Assembly (NCBI GenBank): GCA_027320085.1
Contig: DAHVLZ010000009.1
Coordinates: 1-64,000 of the forward strand
Direction: 5' to 3'
From: Pseudomonadota bacterium
GTDB taxonomy: Bacteria; Pseudomonadota; Gammaproteobacteria; JAKAQQ01
Length of the DNA stretch: 64,000 nt
The notes beneath the pieces are model-generated. The model was not told the origin of the DNA. It saw only the letters and a list, made by a program, of their open reading frames with translations, and searched no databases. Made by a program: the position numbers and the translations under genes. Shown here piece after piece: positions 20,254 through 30,036 of this stretch. Every line of letters begins with the position of its first letter. The stretch's first letter is position 1.

Positions 20254-20625
20254 TCAGGAATGGGGAGATTGCGGAGCCGGAGCGGCCGGGGAAGGGGTTG
20301 CGGGGGCGGCTGTCGTTGCGGGAACCGGATCCTTTTTAGCCGGGCTGGCCGGAGCAGTCCCCTCCCCGGCAGACGGGGCCGGCGCCGAGGCGGCATCCGG
20401 GGTTTTCCCCCCTTCCGCCGATTCATGCACATTGCGCCGCTCACCGGATTTGAAGTCCGTCTCATACCAGCCTTTTCCCTTCAGCCGGAAGACTGTGGCC
20501 GACACGAGCCGCTTGAGCGCCGGCCGATGGCAGTGGGGGCATTCCTCAAGGGGCGGGTCGCTCACTTTCTGAAGCGACTCGGTTATCTGACCACAGTCCT
20601 CACAGCGATACTCGTAGATCGGCAT
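20254..20625 (-). CDS. FmdB-family zinc-ribbon protein
   Basis: MPIYEYRCEDCG...CPHC...LKGKGWYETDF; usual neighbour of aspS. Confidence 0.92.
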   Translation of the reverse strand: MPIYEYRCEDCGQITESLQKVSDPPLEECPHCHRPALKRLVSATVFRLKGKGWYETDFKSGERRNVHESAEGGKTPDAASAPAPSAGEGTAPASPAKKDPVPATTAAPATPSPAAPAPQSPHS

Positions 20626-20729
20626 GGCAAATCACCCCCCCTCCCGGTCACCCGGCCTGGCCGGGATGCGCCCCCGGCCCGGGTCCAACATGGGGATCCG
20701 AACCCTCCTGATCAAGTCCCGGCCAGGGC

Positions 20730-22274
20730 TCAACGCGCATCCGCCTGCGCGATGAAATGATCCATCCGAGCCGCGATCTCCGGCAATGCCTGAGGGTTGA
20801 GATACAGCATGTGCCCCGTTGGGTAGTATTCGAAATGGAGATGGGACAGGAACGGGCGCGGGAGTCCCATGTGCATCAGCGTGTAGTGGGTAGCAAAAAA
20901 CGGTGTCGCCATATCGAAGTAGCCATTATTGGCCATCACCTGAAGCGAGGGATCATTGACCATGGCACGAGCCAGGGCCGGAGCCACGTTCAGGTAACCC
21001 ATCGTTCCCACGTCTTCATCCAGCTCATGGAGCGGGGGGAAATACTTCCAGTTCCAATCCCCGAACACCCGGTTGCTGTCCTGCTTGTAGATCTCATGGG
21101 TGCGGAAGCCGAGACGCCGGGTGACGTAGTTTTCAAAAGTGGCACTGAGTGCCCCCCAGATGTTGGCCGTGGTCGCCCCCAGATCGCTGTTGCCGCCGAC
21201 CGGAAGGAGTGGCTGCAGTTCGGGGATGGTGAAGCGGGCATCGTAGCGTCCGGTCATGGCATGTCGCGAACCCATCACGCGGCGCATGAAGACCGGCAGG
21301 GGGATGCGGAGATCCGCTTTGAGCCAGAGGGAGGCCGGAATGCCGGTGAAATGGGATAACTCAGCGGCCATCCGTTGCCGCGCCGCCGCCGGCAGACGGG
21401 CACCTGCAAAAAGGGCACGGCTATAGGGCCCGGCAGCGAAATGTTCCGCCTGACGAACCCAGGTGGCGAGATTGGCGGGCCGTGGGTGGATGCGGTGGTG
21501 ATACCAGGCCACCGCCGCATAGGAGGGGAAATACAGTACGTAGGGCAGGTCGTTTCCCGGCGCAAAATTGATGGTCGGGAAATCCAGCACCGTCGAGCAG
21601 AGGATGATGCCGTTGAGATAGATACCGTCCGAAACCAGGGATTGGCCCAGAACCGCCGAACGGGTGGTTCCGTAACTTTCGCCCAGAAGGAATTTGGGCG
21701 AGTTCCAGCGACCGGTCTGGTTCAGGTACTGCTGGATGAAGCGGGTAAAGGTGCGGGCATCGGCATTGACCCCGTAGAAATCCTGTGGCTTGCCCGCACC
21801 GATGATCCGGCTGTAACCGGTTCCCACGGCATCGATAAACACAAGATCGGTAGCCGGGAGAATGGTGTCTGCATTGGGTACGATGCGATAGGGTGGGGCC
21901 ATGGACCGGGCCGAGCCGGGACCCGGTTTGGGCCAGATGATCCGGCGCGGCCCGAAACCGCCGAAATCGACCAGTGCGGAGGCAAATCCCGGCCCGCCGT
22001 TGTACGCGAAGGTAATCGGCCGACTGGATTCATCATGGACCCCGTCCAGGGTATAGGCAATGTAAAACATACGGGCTGTGGGCTGGCCCTTGGCATTGTG
22101 CAGGATGAGGGTTCCCGCAGTCGCCGTGTAACGGTAACGGTGCCCGGCCACGACCACACTGTGGTGTGTCGAGACCGCCCGACCGTGAACGGGGGGGATC
22201 GCAGCAGAATGCGCCAAGGCAAGGGGCGCAACCCAGGCGCAGGAGACAAGGAGAATGACGAGCCGCTTCATCAT
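20730..22274 (-). CDS. Secreted S10-family serine carboxypeptidase
   Basis: Signal peptide MMKRLVILL...ALA; NGGPG, GESYG, GYFDMATP, GHMLY. Confidence 0.9.
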   Translation of the reverse strand: MMKRLVILLVSCAWVAPLALAHSAAIPPVHGRAVSTHHSVVVAGHRYRYTATAGTLILHNAKGQPTARMFYIAYTLDGVHDESSRPITFAYNGGPGFASALVDFGGFGPRRIIWPKPGPGSARSMAPPYRIVPNADTILPATDLVFIDAVGTGYSRIIGAGKPQDFYGVNADARTFTRFIQQYLNQTGRWNSPKFLLGESYGTTRSAVLGQSLVSDGIYLNGIILCSTVLDFPTINFAPGNDLPYVLYFPSYAAVAWYHHRIHPRPANLATWVRQAEHFAAGPYSRALFAGARLPAAARQRMAAELSHFTGIPASLWLKADLRIPLPVFMRRVMGSRHAMTGRYDARFTIPELQPLLPVGGNSDLGATTANIWGALSATFENYVTRRLGFRTHEIYKQDSNRVFGDWNWKYFPPLHELDEDVGTMGYLNVAPALARAMVNDPSLQVMANNGYFDMATPFFATHYTLMHMGLPRPFLSHLHFEYYPTGHMLYLNPQALPEIAARMDHFIAQADAR

Positions 22275-22525
22275 CAGAGGACTCCAGAAGAACCGGGAGA
22301 CACGGGAAAGTATAGGACGACCGACCCCGCACTTCCAAGCCCCGCGGGGATTCGCAGAAATGGCGAGACCGGAGCCCCCTTGACAACCCGGTTGGGATGA
22401 CCTGAGGGTTGCTTTAGGGCCAATCCCACGAACCTGACCCGGGGAGCCCGGGATGGGAGGCGTCGTCATTCCCTGCGAGGATTATGGACAAACCTGAAGT
22501 TGGACGGGGAACCTCCTTGTTCGGT

Positions 22526-23335
22526 TCAGCTCAGGTTCAGGTTACCGAGGCAACTGGCTTCCGTTTGCTTCATAAGCATCCTGATGCCCACATGGACAGA
22601 GGACCAGTTCGTTCTCGAAACCGGACCTTTGTGATGGATCCAGAGTGCCTTGACCTTCGGGTTTGTTTTTCCATTGTTGAAGCGCAGACTGTATTGTTTG
22701 CAATCCGTCGAGGCAATGACCGTACCGGTCCGGCCATCCAGAAGCCACATCCGAAGCGCCACAAAGTTTGATGCGCTACGCATATCGAGAAATACCGACT
22801 GGACGACGCCATAGCCAGGCCCGATGAAGTGTATGGATGCACCGGCAATCGCTCCCCCAATTGCCCCAAACATCATGAGTGGTGCCGCTGTTGAGGCGTT
22901 TTCCTCCACGCCAAGCGCGGGGCCGATGACGAGGACGAGGTTCGTGCCCGTTGAACCCATCAGTTGCTTAACCGTCAGATCCGGTTTGCTGAAGTGGAGA
23001 TCACTTCTTGGTTGGACGGTTCCGAAATGCCGCCGAACCTTGCGCTCGGGACGGTCGATAATTCGGAACTGGCCCTGGTGACGCAAGGTCCGGATCGCCC
23101 ATCGTTCATTCAGCACATTGATGTGCCAAGTGCCGGTGGGAAAGAGCCGCACCGGATCCGGTGAAAACACGGTGTCATCGCTGACCACGGAAGCCGTCTC
23201 CGGCAGGAGAGAGAGCACGGTCAGGGTTTCTCCCTTGGGAAGCTTGGGAACCCGCCAAGCGCCAGAAGTCGCACAGCCACCAAGCAGGAGACAGGCCGCG
23301 AGAAGTACCACTGGGCGCAAGAGGGGTTGGGTCAT
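22526..23335 (-). CDS. Hypothetical lipoprotein
   Basis: Lipobox LLLGGC; glycine-zipper FGAIGGAIAG; purine-rich RBS upstream. Confidence 0.7.
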   Translation of the reverse strand: MTQPLLRPVVLLAACLLLGGCATSGAWRVPKLPKGETLTVLSLLPETASVVSDDTVFSPDPVRLFPTGTWHINVLNERWAIRTLRHQGQFRIIDRPERKVRRHFGTVQPRSDLHFSKPDLTVKQLMGSTGTNLVLVIGPALGVEENASTAAPLMMFGAIGGAIAGASIHFIGPGYGVVQSVFLDMRSASNFVALRMWLLDGRTGTVIASTDCKQYSLRFNNGKTNPKVKALWIHHKGPVSRTNWSSVHVGIRMLMKQTEASCLGNLNLS

Positions 23336-23539
23336 GATCGGTTCCCTTCCGTTCCCTTTTTTGATGATGATTCTTGGGCGTAAACTCTACTTCATCTCAG
23401 AGGCGACCGCAACCGGTTCCCCCACCAGTGGGATTCCAGGGAGGACTTTCGGCAAGCCCTTCCTCGGCAGGGGAGGACACCCCGAACTTTCACAATCCAT
23501 GATAAGGGAGGCCGGCTCGGCAGAGGATGCAACCTCAGT

Positions 23540-24550
23540 CTAGACCGGATAGGGTCCAATCCAGTGCCCGAGCCCCCGGTCTTCCGGCCAGCCGGATGCC
23601 AGGTTCATATTCTGGATCGCCTGCCCGGCCATCCCCTTGACGAGATTGTCGAGCACCACGAAGAGAGCCGCCCGTTGTCCCCAGCAGCTGCCGCCGATCA
23701 GACAGCGGTTGTTGCCCACGACCCACGTGAGTTCCGGCAAAGTCTCAGTCCAGCGGACGAAAGGGCTCCCGGCATAGCTCTTCCGGAAAACGTCGGCCAG
23801 CCGTTCCAGATCCGGGGCTTTATCGAAGCGCGCCTCGATCGTGAGTGAAATACCACGGACCCATGGTGCGGCATAGGGAATGAAGCTCCAGTCGAGCGGT
23901 GAGGCCTGCAGGGCAAGCAGCCGGTTCACCTCACCGATGTGGCGATGTGCGAACGGATGATAGGGCACGCAGTTGTGTGCGCGGAGTGGATGATGGGTGC
24001 GTGAGCCGGGGATCACACCGGCTCCCGTGGAACCCGTCAGGGCAACCGCGGAGACATCCCGTGGTTGCAACTCCCGGGCCAAGGGAATCAAGCCCAGAGC
24101 CAACGCTGTGGCGAAGCAGCCCGGGTTGGCAATCCGGGTGGCGCCTGCAAGGGATTCACGCATCCACTCGCTCAGGCCATAGACAAATCCCCTTTCTTCA
24201 TCCAGCCGGAAGTCCGCAGACAAGTCGATCAGGAGGATGCGGTCGCCGATGCCGGCCGCGTCCCATGCGGCGGTCAGTTCCGCATAGACCGCGGCGAGTT
24301 CTCCCGCGCGCATGGCCGAAAAGACAATGGTCCTCCGGTTGTGCACGTAGGCAGACCAGTCGACCCGGGAGACAAAGCGTGCATCCGGGTAGGCCGCTTC
24401 GAGATGGGGATGCACGGCGGCTACGGATGATCCGACATGTGAGCGGGAGACCAGGACGGGACGTTCCACTCCGTCATGGGCCGTGAGCAGTCGGGCCAGT
24501 TCACCTGCGCCAAAACCGCCCCCCCCGAGGATTACCACAGGGTCAGCCAT
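23540..24550 (-). CDS. argC: N-acyl-gamma-glutamyl-phosphate reductase
   Basis: ILGGGGFGAGEL, IDLSADFRL, IANPGCFAT, TGSTGAG, DNLVKGMAGQAIQNMN. Confidence 0.93.
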   Translation of the reverse strand: MADPVVILGGGGFGAGELARLLTAHDGVERPVLVSRSHVGSSVAAVHPHLEAAYPDARFVSRVDWSAYVHNRRTIVFSAMRAGELAAVYAELTAAWDAAGIGDRILLIDLSADFRLDEERGFVYGLSEWMRESLAGATRIANPGCFATALALGLIPLARELQPRDVSAVALTGSTGAGVIPGSRTHHPLRAHNCVPYHPFAHRHIGEVNRLLALQASPLDWSFIPYAAPWVRGISLTIEARFDKAPDLERLADVFRKSYAGSPFVRWTETLPELTWVVGNNRCLIGGSCWGQRAALFVVLDNLVKGMAGQAIQNMNLASGWPEDRGLGHWIGPYPV

Positions 24551-25625
24551 GGGGAGCTCCTGAAAGTCCGGGGCGTCCTTCGAACAATGCCGGCAGGATC
24601 AACCGCACAACTTCAAGGACCCGGGCCGGATCCTCAAAGGCATTGATAGCCGGGCAACCGAGATGCGTCCGGATGAAAGCCCGCCCCACCTCGTTGTCGG
24701 TGACGGGTCCGGAGACCAGCGCGACCCGTATCCCCCACCGCTCAGAAAGCAGGCGGACTCCGCCCCAGGCACCGACCGGATCCTGGGCACAAAATACGGT
24801 GGCCGCACCGAGTGCCCGCAAGGCGGGGTCATCGAGAATCTCCCGGACCCCATACTCGCCGAGCAGGCCATCCCCGGTTTCCACGACGATGACATCCTGA
24901 GTCTGGTGAGCCAACTCATGAAAAATCCGACGAGCGGCCGAGACGGCCGTACCTGATCGCGTCGAGGCAAACCCGGCATCGGTGAAATCAGAGGTCCAGC
25001 CGGCCCCGTGATCCTGCATGGCCAGCGTGTCGCGCAAGAGGGAAACGCCCGTGGTCTTGATCCCGGAAACGCGGAGTCCCTGGCTGGCCAGGGTCCGGAT
25101 CAGGGCGCAGGCAAAGGTGGTCTTGCCGGAATCCATGGAGCTGCCGACAATGTAGATCACCGGTGCTTGGGGATAGTCGCCTTCGGCGGTAAATGCCCGG
25201 AGCGTGAGATCAGCCGGAACCCCGGCCCGATGGCCGAAATGGGGAAACAGCATGACCTGCCCCAGGATCTCGACCTCGAAGGGAGGGCCGACACTCGGGT
25301 GCCAGGAGCGGCATTCGCCCATGATGCCACCCAGATTGAGGAGAGCCAGCCGACTGCCTGCACCTACTGCCTCGGGCACTTCCCCGGCATAGCCATGGAG
25401 TGCGCTCCGCACCCCGAGCGCGCCCACCAGGAGATCGCCCCGGTGGAGTCGCACCAGGCGGCCATGGGCATCCTCGAGTGTATTGTAGGTTTCCTTATCG
25501 GTCAGGATTCGTGCCGCGACCACGCTCCCGGCCCGGGCGTCGACTTCATCACGGACGGTCACCGGGCTGCCGATCTGCAGGCGGCGGACCACCGAGCCGA
25601 TCTTCCGGATATCAAGTGTTCTCAA
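24543..25625 (-). CDS. DUF1611-like P-loop protein within the arg operon
   Basis: TTG start 25625 with GGAGG RBS; GDLLVGALG.R, LNLGG, VGSSMDSGKTT, KTTG, DFTDAGFAST, VVETGDGLLG. Confidence 0.75.
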   Translation of the reverse strand: MRTLDIRKIGSVVRRLQIGSPVTVRDEVDARAGSVVAARILTDKETYNTLEDAHGRLVRLHRGDLLVGALGVRSALHGYAGEVPEAVGAGSRLALLNLGGIMGECRSWHPSVGPPFEVEILGQVMLFPHFGHRAGVPADLTLRAFTAEGDYPQAPVIYIVGSSMDSGKTTFACALIRTLASQGLRVSGIKTTGVSLLRDTLAMQDHGAGWTSDFTDAGFASTRSGTAVSAARRIFHELAHQTQDVIVVETGDGLLGEYGVREILDDPALRALGAATVFCAQDPVGAWGGVRLLSERWGIRVALVSGPVTDNEVGRAFIRTHLGCPAINAFEDPARVLEVVRLILPALFEGRPGLSGAPHG

Positions 25626-26820
25626 TCTCGACCTCCCCGGCACGGGCCCAGAGCCTCTGGGCGACGCCGTAGATCCGGGTAAAACCCGCCGCATCCTGAC
25701 CGGACCAGAGCGTGGGGCTCTCCCCGTAGCGGGCCACACCGGCATCGACCAGTCCATGGGGGGAACGGACGCCCTCGACCACAACCCGTCCCGGTTCGAG
25801 CCGGCATCGCACCTGACCGGTGACACGCTGCTGGGTGGAGGTGAGAAAGGCCTCAAGATCCCGTGCCAGCGGATCAAAATAGCGGCCCTCATGGATGAGC
25901 GAACCGTAGAGCGTGCCCAGGGTTTCCTTCCAAGTCGCCTGGCTGCCTCCCAAGACCAGTTTTTCAAGTTCACGGTGGGCCGCGATCAGGATCGCAGCCG
26001 CCGGCGCCTCAAAGGCAACCCGGCCCTTGATGCCGAGAATGGTTTCGCCCAGATGGACCCCACGGCCGATACCATGGTGCGATCCCCGTGCATTGAGTTG
26101 GCTGATCAGGGCAACCGGGCTCGGGGTGTCGGCGGAAACCGGCTCTCCCCGCCTGAACTCCAGGGTCAGGATCCGCGCCGCCTGCTCCCGGTCCACCGGT
26201 CCGCCGGGGAACACCGAATCGGGCACGGTCCGCCAGGGATCATGGGTTTCCACGCCGCCGATCGTGGTTCCCCACAACCCCTGATTGACGGAGTAGGCAG
26301 ATTTCCTCCCCCATTCCTCGAATCCTTCCCGCGCCAGGAAGGCCGTCTCCTCCTCACGACTGATGCCGAGTTCACGGATCAGGCTCCGGTGGGTAATCGA
26401 CGGTGCAAGGACCGCGAAGGCCACCCCGAAACGGACCTGGTCATTGCCGGCCCCGGTCGACGCATCCACGATCTGGTCGGCGCCGTGCGCGACAGCGATT
26501 TCGGCCACGGCCACAGCCTGGCAGGTTCGTTCGGCGGAAACACAAAACGGGTAGACTCCCCCCCTCTGCGCATTGGCATAGATCAGGTAACGGAGATAAC
26601 GTTGATAAAGAATCTCACGCGCATCCACTAAGCGATGCTCGATCGCACCAAGCCGCCGTGCCCGGTCGGCAATTGATTCCCGTTCCTCGCTGGTGAATCC
26701 ACCGGTATCCACGGTCACGGCCAAGACCTCCGCGCCCGACTTCCGGAGATAAACCAAAGCGAAGGAGGTGTCCAGCCCGCCCGAATAGGCAAGCACGATA
26801 CGGGGACGGTTGGCAGTCAT
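25612..26820 (-). CDS. argG: Argininosuccinate synthase
   Basis: VLAYSGGLDTS, TGAGNDQVRF, YSVNQGLWG, GIKGRVAFEAPA. Confidence 0.96.
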   Translation of the reverse strand: MTANRPRIVLAYSGGLDTSFALVYLRKSGAEVLAVTVDTGGFTSEERESIADRARRLGAIEHRLVDAREILYQRYLRYLIYANAQRGGVYPFCVSAERTCQAVAVAEIAVAHGADQIVDASTGAGNDQVRFGVAFAVLAPSITHRSLIRELGISREEETAFLAREGFEEWGRKSAYSVNQGLWGTTIGGVETHDPWRTVPDSVFPGGPVDREQAARILTLEFRRGEPVSADTPSPVALISQLNARGSHHGIGRGVHLGETILGIKGRVAFEAPAAAILIAAHRELEKLVLGGSQATWKETLGTLYGSLIHEGRYFDPLARDLEAFLTSTQQRVTGQVRCRLEPGRVVVEGVRSPHGLVDAGVARYGESPTLWSGQDAAGFTRIYGVAQRLWARAGEVEIENT

Positions 26821-28157
26821 GGCAAACTCTCCCACAGCCGGTCATAACAGTTGTCGATCTGCGCCCTCTGGTCGGCCAGCCAGCGCATCTGGGTCTCGAT
26901 CCCGGATTCAATTTCGGTGAGCGTCTTGAGAATTTCCGGCCGGAGGATTTCCGAAGCTGAACGGACGACGGGGGAAACGCCCTGGTCCAGCTGTTTCTGG
27001 ATCTCCCGGTAGGCTTCGCGGAAGGGAATCCGCCCCTCGACCGCACGAACATAGGCCGCCTCGGTTGCAAAGACTTCTGGCGTCAGGGCTTGAACCATCC
27101 GCTCCCGGACCGGGAGCACCGCAGGGGGGACCTCCCCCGTCACCACCAGCAGTTCGTGTCCCCGATCTACCAAGGTCAGGAGTTCCGGCTTGCTCAGCTG
27201 GAAATCCCGGTGGTATCCAGAAGGCAGGCCACGGCCCAGCATCGAGAGGAGATGGCCGCGCTCCGCGATTTCGCGGCAACGGGCCCGACCGATCTCGATC
27301 ACGTCGGGATTCTGCTTCTGTGGCATGGCAGAGGAGCCGGTCATCAGCGCGGAGCTCAGGCGGAAGTAACCGAACTCCTCGGTTGAAAAAAGGGCGAGGT
27401 CCCAGTAGTAGCGCTCGAGTGTGCCAGCCAGGCTGGACAGCCAATAGGCCAGACGGGACTCGTGGCGCACACGCCCACCCACAGCGTCCACAGTCGACCG
27501 ATCGGGTCCGGAAAAGCCAAGACGCCGGGCCGGGATGGCCCGATCGAGCGACAAGGGCACGCCAAACCCGGGACCTGCGCCCAGGGGAGACCGGTTGACC
27601 GACTGGTAGAGGGCAGGCAGCAATTCGAGGTCATCGGCCAAGGGGGACAGGAAGGAAAGGCTCCATTGCCCGAGCGTACTCGGCATGGCCCGACGCATGT
27701 GGGTATAGCCGGGCCAGACCTCGGCCTCGTACTTGCGTGCAAAGGTCGAGAAAGCCCGCATGAGCGACCCAAGCTCGCAACCCAGAACCAGCATCTCGTC
27801 GCGAATGAACAGTCTGAGCGCGAGCGCAACCTGATCGTTGCGCGACCGTCCAAGGTGGATGGCGCCCGCCCGCGGACCGAGACGCTCAACGAGTCGGGCC
27901 TCGAGGTAGGTCTGACCGTCCTCGACCTCATCCGGCAGACACTCGGGAAGCGAGGCCAATTCGGCCTTGAGGCCCGCGATGAGATGGCGAGCATCGCCCT
28001 CTTCCATGAGTCCGGCCAGACGGAGGCTTTCGACATGGGCTGCGCTGCCCCGGAGGTCATGGGGCAGGAGACGGGCATCGACCCTGGGGTCATCACCCTT
28101 GAGAAAGCGTTGAGTACGGGGATCCGTCACCCCTTTTCGGGACCAGAGGGTTTTCAT
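26817..28157 (-). CDS. argH: Argininosuccinate lyase
   Basis: HLGRSRNDQV, PGYTHM, TGSSAMPQKQNPDV.E, LPSGYHRD, PFREAY. Confidence 0.95.
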   Translation of the reverse strand: MKTLWSRKGVTDPRTQRFLKGDDPRVDARLLPHDLRGSAAHVESLRLAGLMEEGDARHLIAGLKAELASLPECLPDEVEDGQTYLEARLVERLGPRAGAIHLGRSRNDQVALALRLFIRDEMLVLGCELGSLMRAFSTFARKYEAEVWPGYTHMRRAMPSTLGQWSLSFLSPLADDLELLPALYQSVNRSPLGAGPGFGVPLSLDRAIPARRLGFSGPDRSTVDAVGGRVRHESRLAYWLSSLAGTLERYYWDLALFSTEEFGYFRLSSALMTGSSAMPQKQNPDVIEIGRARCREIAERGHLLSMLGRGLPSGYHRDFQLSKPELLTLVDRGHELLVVTGEVPPAVLPVRERMVQALTPEVFATEAAYVRAVEGRIPFREAYREIQKQLDQGVSPVVRSASEILRPEILKTLTEIESGIETQMRWLADQRAQIDNCYDRLWESLP

Positions 28158-29044
28158 GCCGGCTCCGGCTTCCGGGCAACCAACATGGAACCACTGCCTT
28201 CATGGCTCAGCACCTCACGAACCAGGGCTTCGTCATCCAATCCACTCACGAGATGGACGCTGTCGACTCCTCCGGTCAGGGCACGCTCGATAGCACGGGC
28301 CTTGACCTGCATCCCGTCCTCAAGCACCCCGCCCGCCTCGAGCCGGGCGAGATCCGCAAGATCTCCATACCGGATCAGGGTGCTGGGATCTTGGGCATCC
28401 TGCAGGAGGCCCGGTACCGAGAGCAGAAAAATCAGTTTGCTGGCCCTGCCGTGCACCGCGAGGAAAGCTGCCGCTGTATCCGCATTACAGTTCAGGGTGC
28501 CACCGTCCACACTCTGCGCAAGAGGGGCAATGACCGGAATGGCGCGGGCCGCAAACGCGGTCTCCAAGAGAGTGGGATCCAGCTTCTCAAGATCGCCGAC
28601 CGCACCCCAGTGCACCCGCTCACCGTCGTGTTCAGAGGGAGGACGGGGCGTGGCCGTGAGCAAACCCCCGTGACCGGGGCAGGACACGGCATCCACCCCT
28701 TGGCTCCGTAGCGCGTCCACCCAGCGCTCGCTGATCACCCGATAGCTGGTTTCGACGACTGCAAGCACCTGAGGAGTGGTTATCCTTCGGCCTCCTTTTT
28801 TTTCAACAGCGATTCCCCGATCGGCACAAGCGCGATCGATCTGGGATCCGCCTCCGTGCACCAGACACATCCGGATCCCGAAGGCGTGAAGTACGCCCAC
28901 CTGTCCGGCGAAGGCAGCACAGAGACTTTCCTCCTCTGCCAACCGGCCGGTCACTTTCAGGACAAAGAGCGCGCCTTGAAACCGGGACACGTACTGCGCC
29001 GCCACCCGCAGCGTGGCATAGGCGTCCTGGACGAGACGGGTCAC
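28154..29044 (-). CDS. argB: N-acylglutamate kinase
   Basis: LVHGGGSQID, GRRIT, NCNADTAA, GMQVK; GTG start overlaps the argF' stop. Confidence 0.92.
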   Translation of the reverse strand: MTRLVQDAYATLRVAAQYVSRFQGALFVLKVTGRLAEEESLCAAFAGQVGVLHAFGIRMCLVHGGGSQIDRACADRGIAVEKKGGRRITTPQVLAVVETSYRVISERWVDALRSQGVDAVSCPGHGGLLTATPRPPSEHDGERVHWGAVGDLEKLDPTLLETAFAARAIPVIAPLAQSVDGGTLNCNADTAAAFLAVHGRASKLIFLLSVPGLLQDAQDPSTLIRYGDLADLARLEAGGVLEDGMQVKARAIERALTGGVDSVHLVSGLDDEALVREVLSHEGSGSMLVARKPEPA

Positions 29045-30036
29045 GGCCGGAGCCCCCACAACCATTCCAGCGCCGCCTGCTGCACCGGAATCCGGTTTTG
29101 CGCCTCGTCGAAAATGTGGCACCGGGGGCTTTTCAGGACAGCTTGGGCAATCTCCACGTTGCGCCGGACCGGCAGGCAATGGAGCAGGATCGAGTCGGGT
29201 TCGGTGAGCGCCAGCCAGTCACTATCGACCAACCAGTCGGGGTGCTGATCGCGGACCGGGTGGCTTGCCGGGAAACCAGCTGCCCCCCATGATTTCACAC
29301 AAAAGGCGGCCTGCCCGTCCACCTCCCGCCGGGGGTCATGAATGACCATCACGTCCCCGCCATTCCGCTGCGCCCAGTCACGGGCCTGGTTCACGACCGG
29401 CTGCGGCAGTTCAAAACCCTCGGGTGCGGCAACCGTCACCCGGCAACCCAGAGCAGCTGCCGTCAAGAGGAAGGAATGGGGAACCGCCTTGGGCAAGGGC
29501 TTGATGTGCGGTGCCCAGCGCAACATGACCGGCAATCCCTGGGGTGACCCCTGCGTTTCAATCACCGTCATGAGATCAGCCAGCCCCTGTGCCGGGTGTT
29601 CGGCGGCTGACTCCATCGAGATTACCGGGATCGGGGAATGGTCGCGGCAGGCGGTCAGCAACGGATCCTCGAGATCGGCCGCATCCGACTCCAGCGTGGC
29701 GAAGGAACGAACCGCGAGTGCATCTCCATAGCGTCCAAGAACCCCGATCGCCTCCTCGAGATGTTCGACCCGATCCCCATCCATGACTGCGGACGGCCGA
29801 GTTTCGAGCGGCCAGATTCCACCACCCGCCTCGACCACCACCGCGTTCCCACCGGCCCTCAGCATTGCCACCTGGAAAGAAACACGGGTTCGAAGCGAGG
29901 GGGCCAAGAAAAACAGGATGAGGATTTTCCCCGCGAAGCGCGGAGGCGGGCTGTTCCGCTTGATGGTCCGTGCCCGTTCAATCAAAGCACCCACGGCCCC
30001 CGGGCCGAGATCTGAAAGCCGGGTCAGGTGTCTCAT
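29041..30036 (-). CDS. argF: N-acylornithine carbamoyltransferase (ArgF', predicted succinyl-specific)
   Basis: SLRT, W.LE....VMDGDRVEH, HPAQGLAD, HIKPLPKAV, KSWG, HCLPVRRN. Confidence 0.9.
   Translation of the reverse strand: MRHLTRLSDLGPGAVGALIERARTIKRNSPPPRFAGKILILFFLAPSLRTRVSFQVAMLRAGGNAVVVEAGGGIWPLETRPSAVMDGDRVEHLEEAIGVLGRYGDALAVRSFATLESDAADLEDPLLTACRDHSPIPVISMESAAEHPAQGLADLMTVIETQGSPQGLPVMLRWAPHIKPLPKAVPHSFLLTAAALGCRVTVAAPEGFELPQPVVNQARDWAQRNGGDVMVIHDPRREVDGQAAFCVKSWGAAGFPASHPVRDQHPDWLVDSDWLALTEPDSILLHCLPVRRNVEIAQAVLKSPRCHIFDEAQNRIPVQQAALEWLWGLRP

Noticed and set aside
22340-22500. Possible riboswitch upstream of the S10 peptidase
   Set aside because: Some stems, but no match to riboswitch consensus motifs I can recognise
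25626-25973. N-terminal extensions in the ORF track (gene X, also hutF, aspS, sucC, maiA, gdhB, nit)
   Set aside because: They overlap neighbouring genes or precede the homologous region; better starts with RBS or stop-start coupling lie downstream
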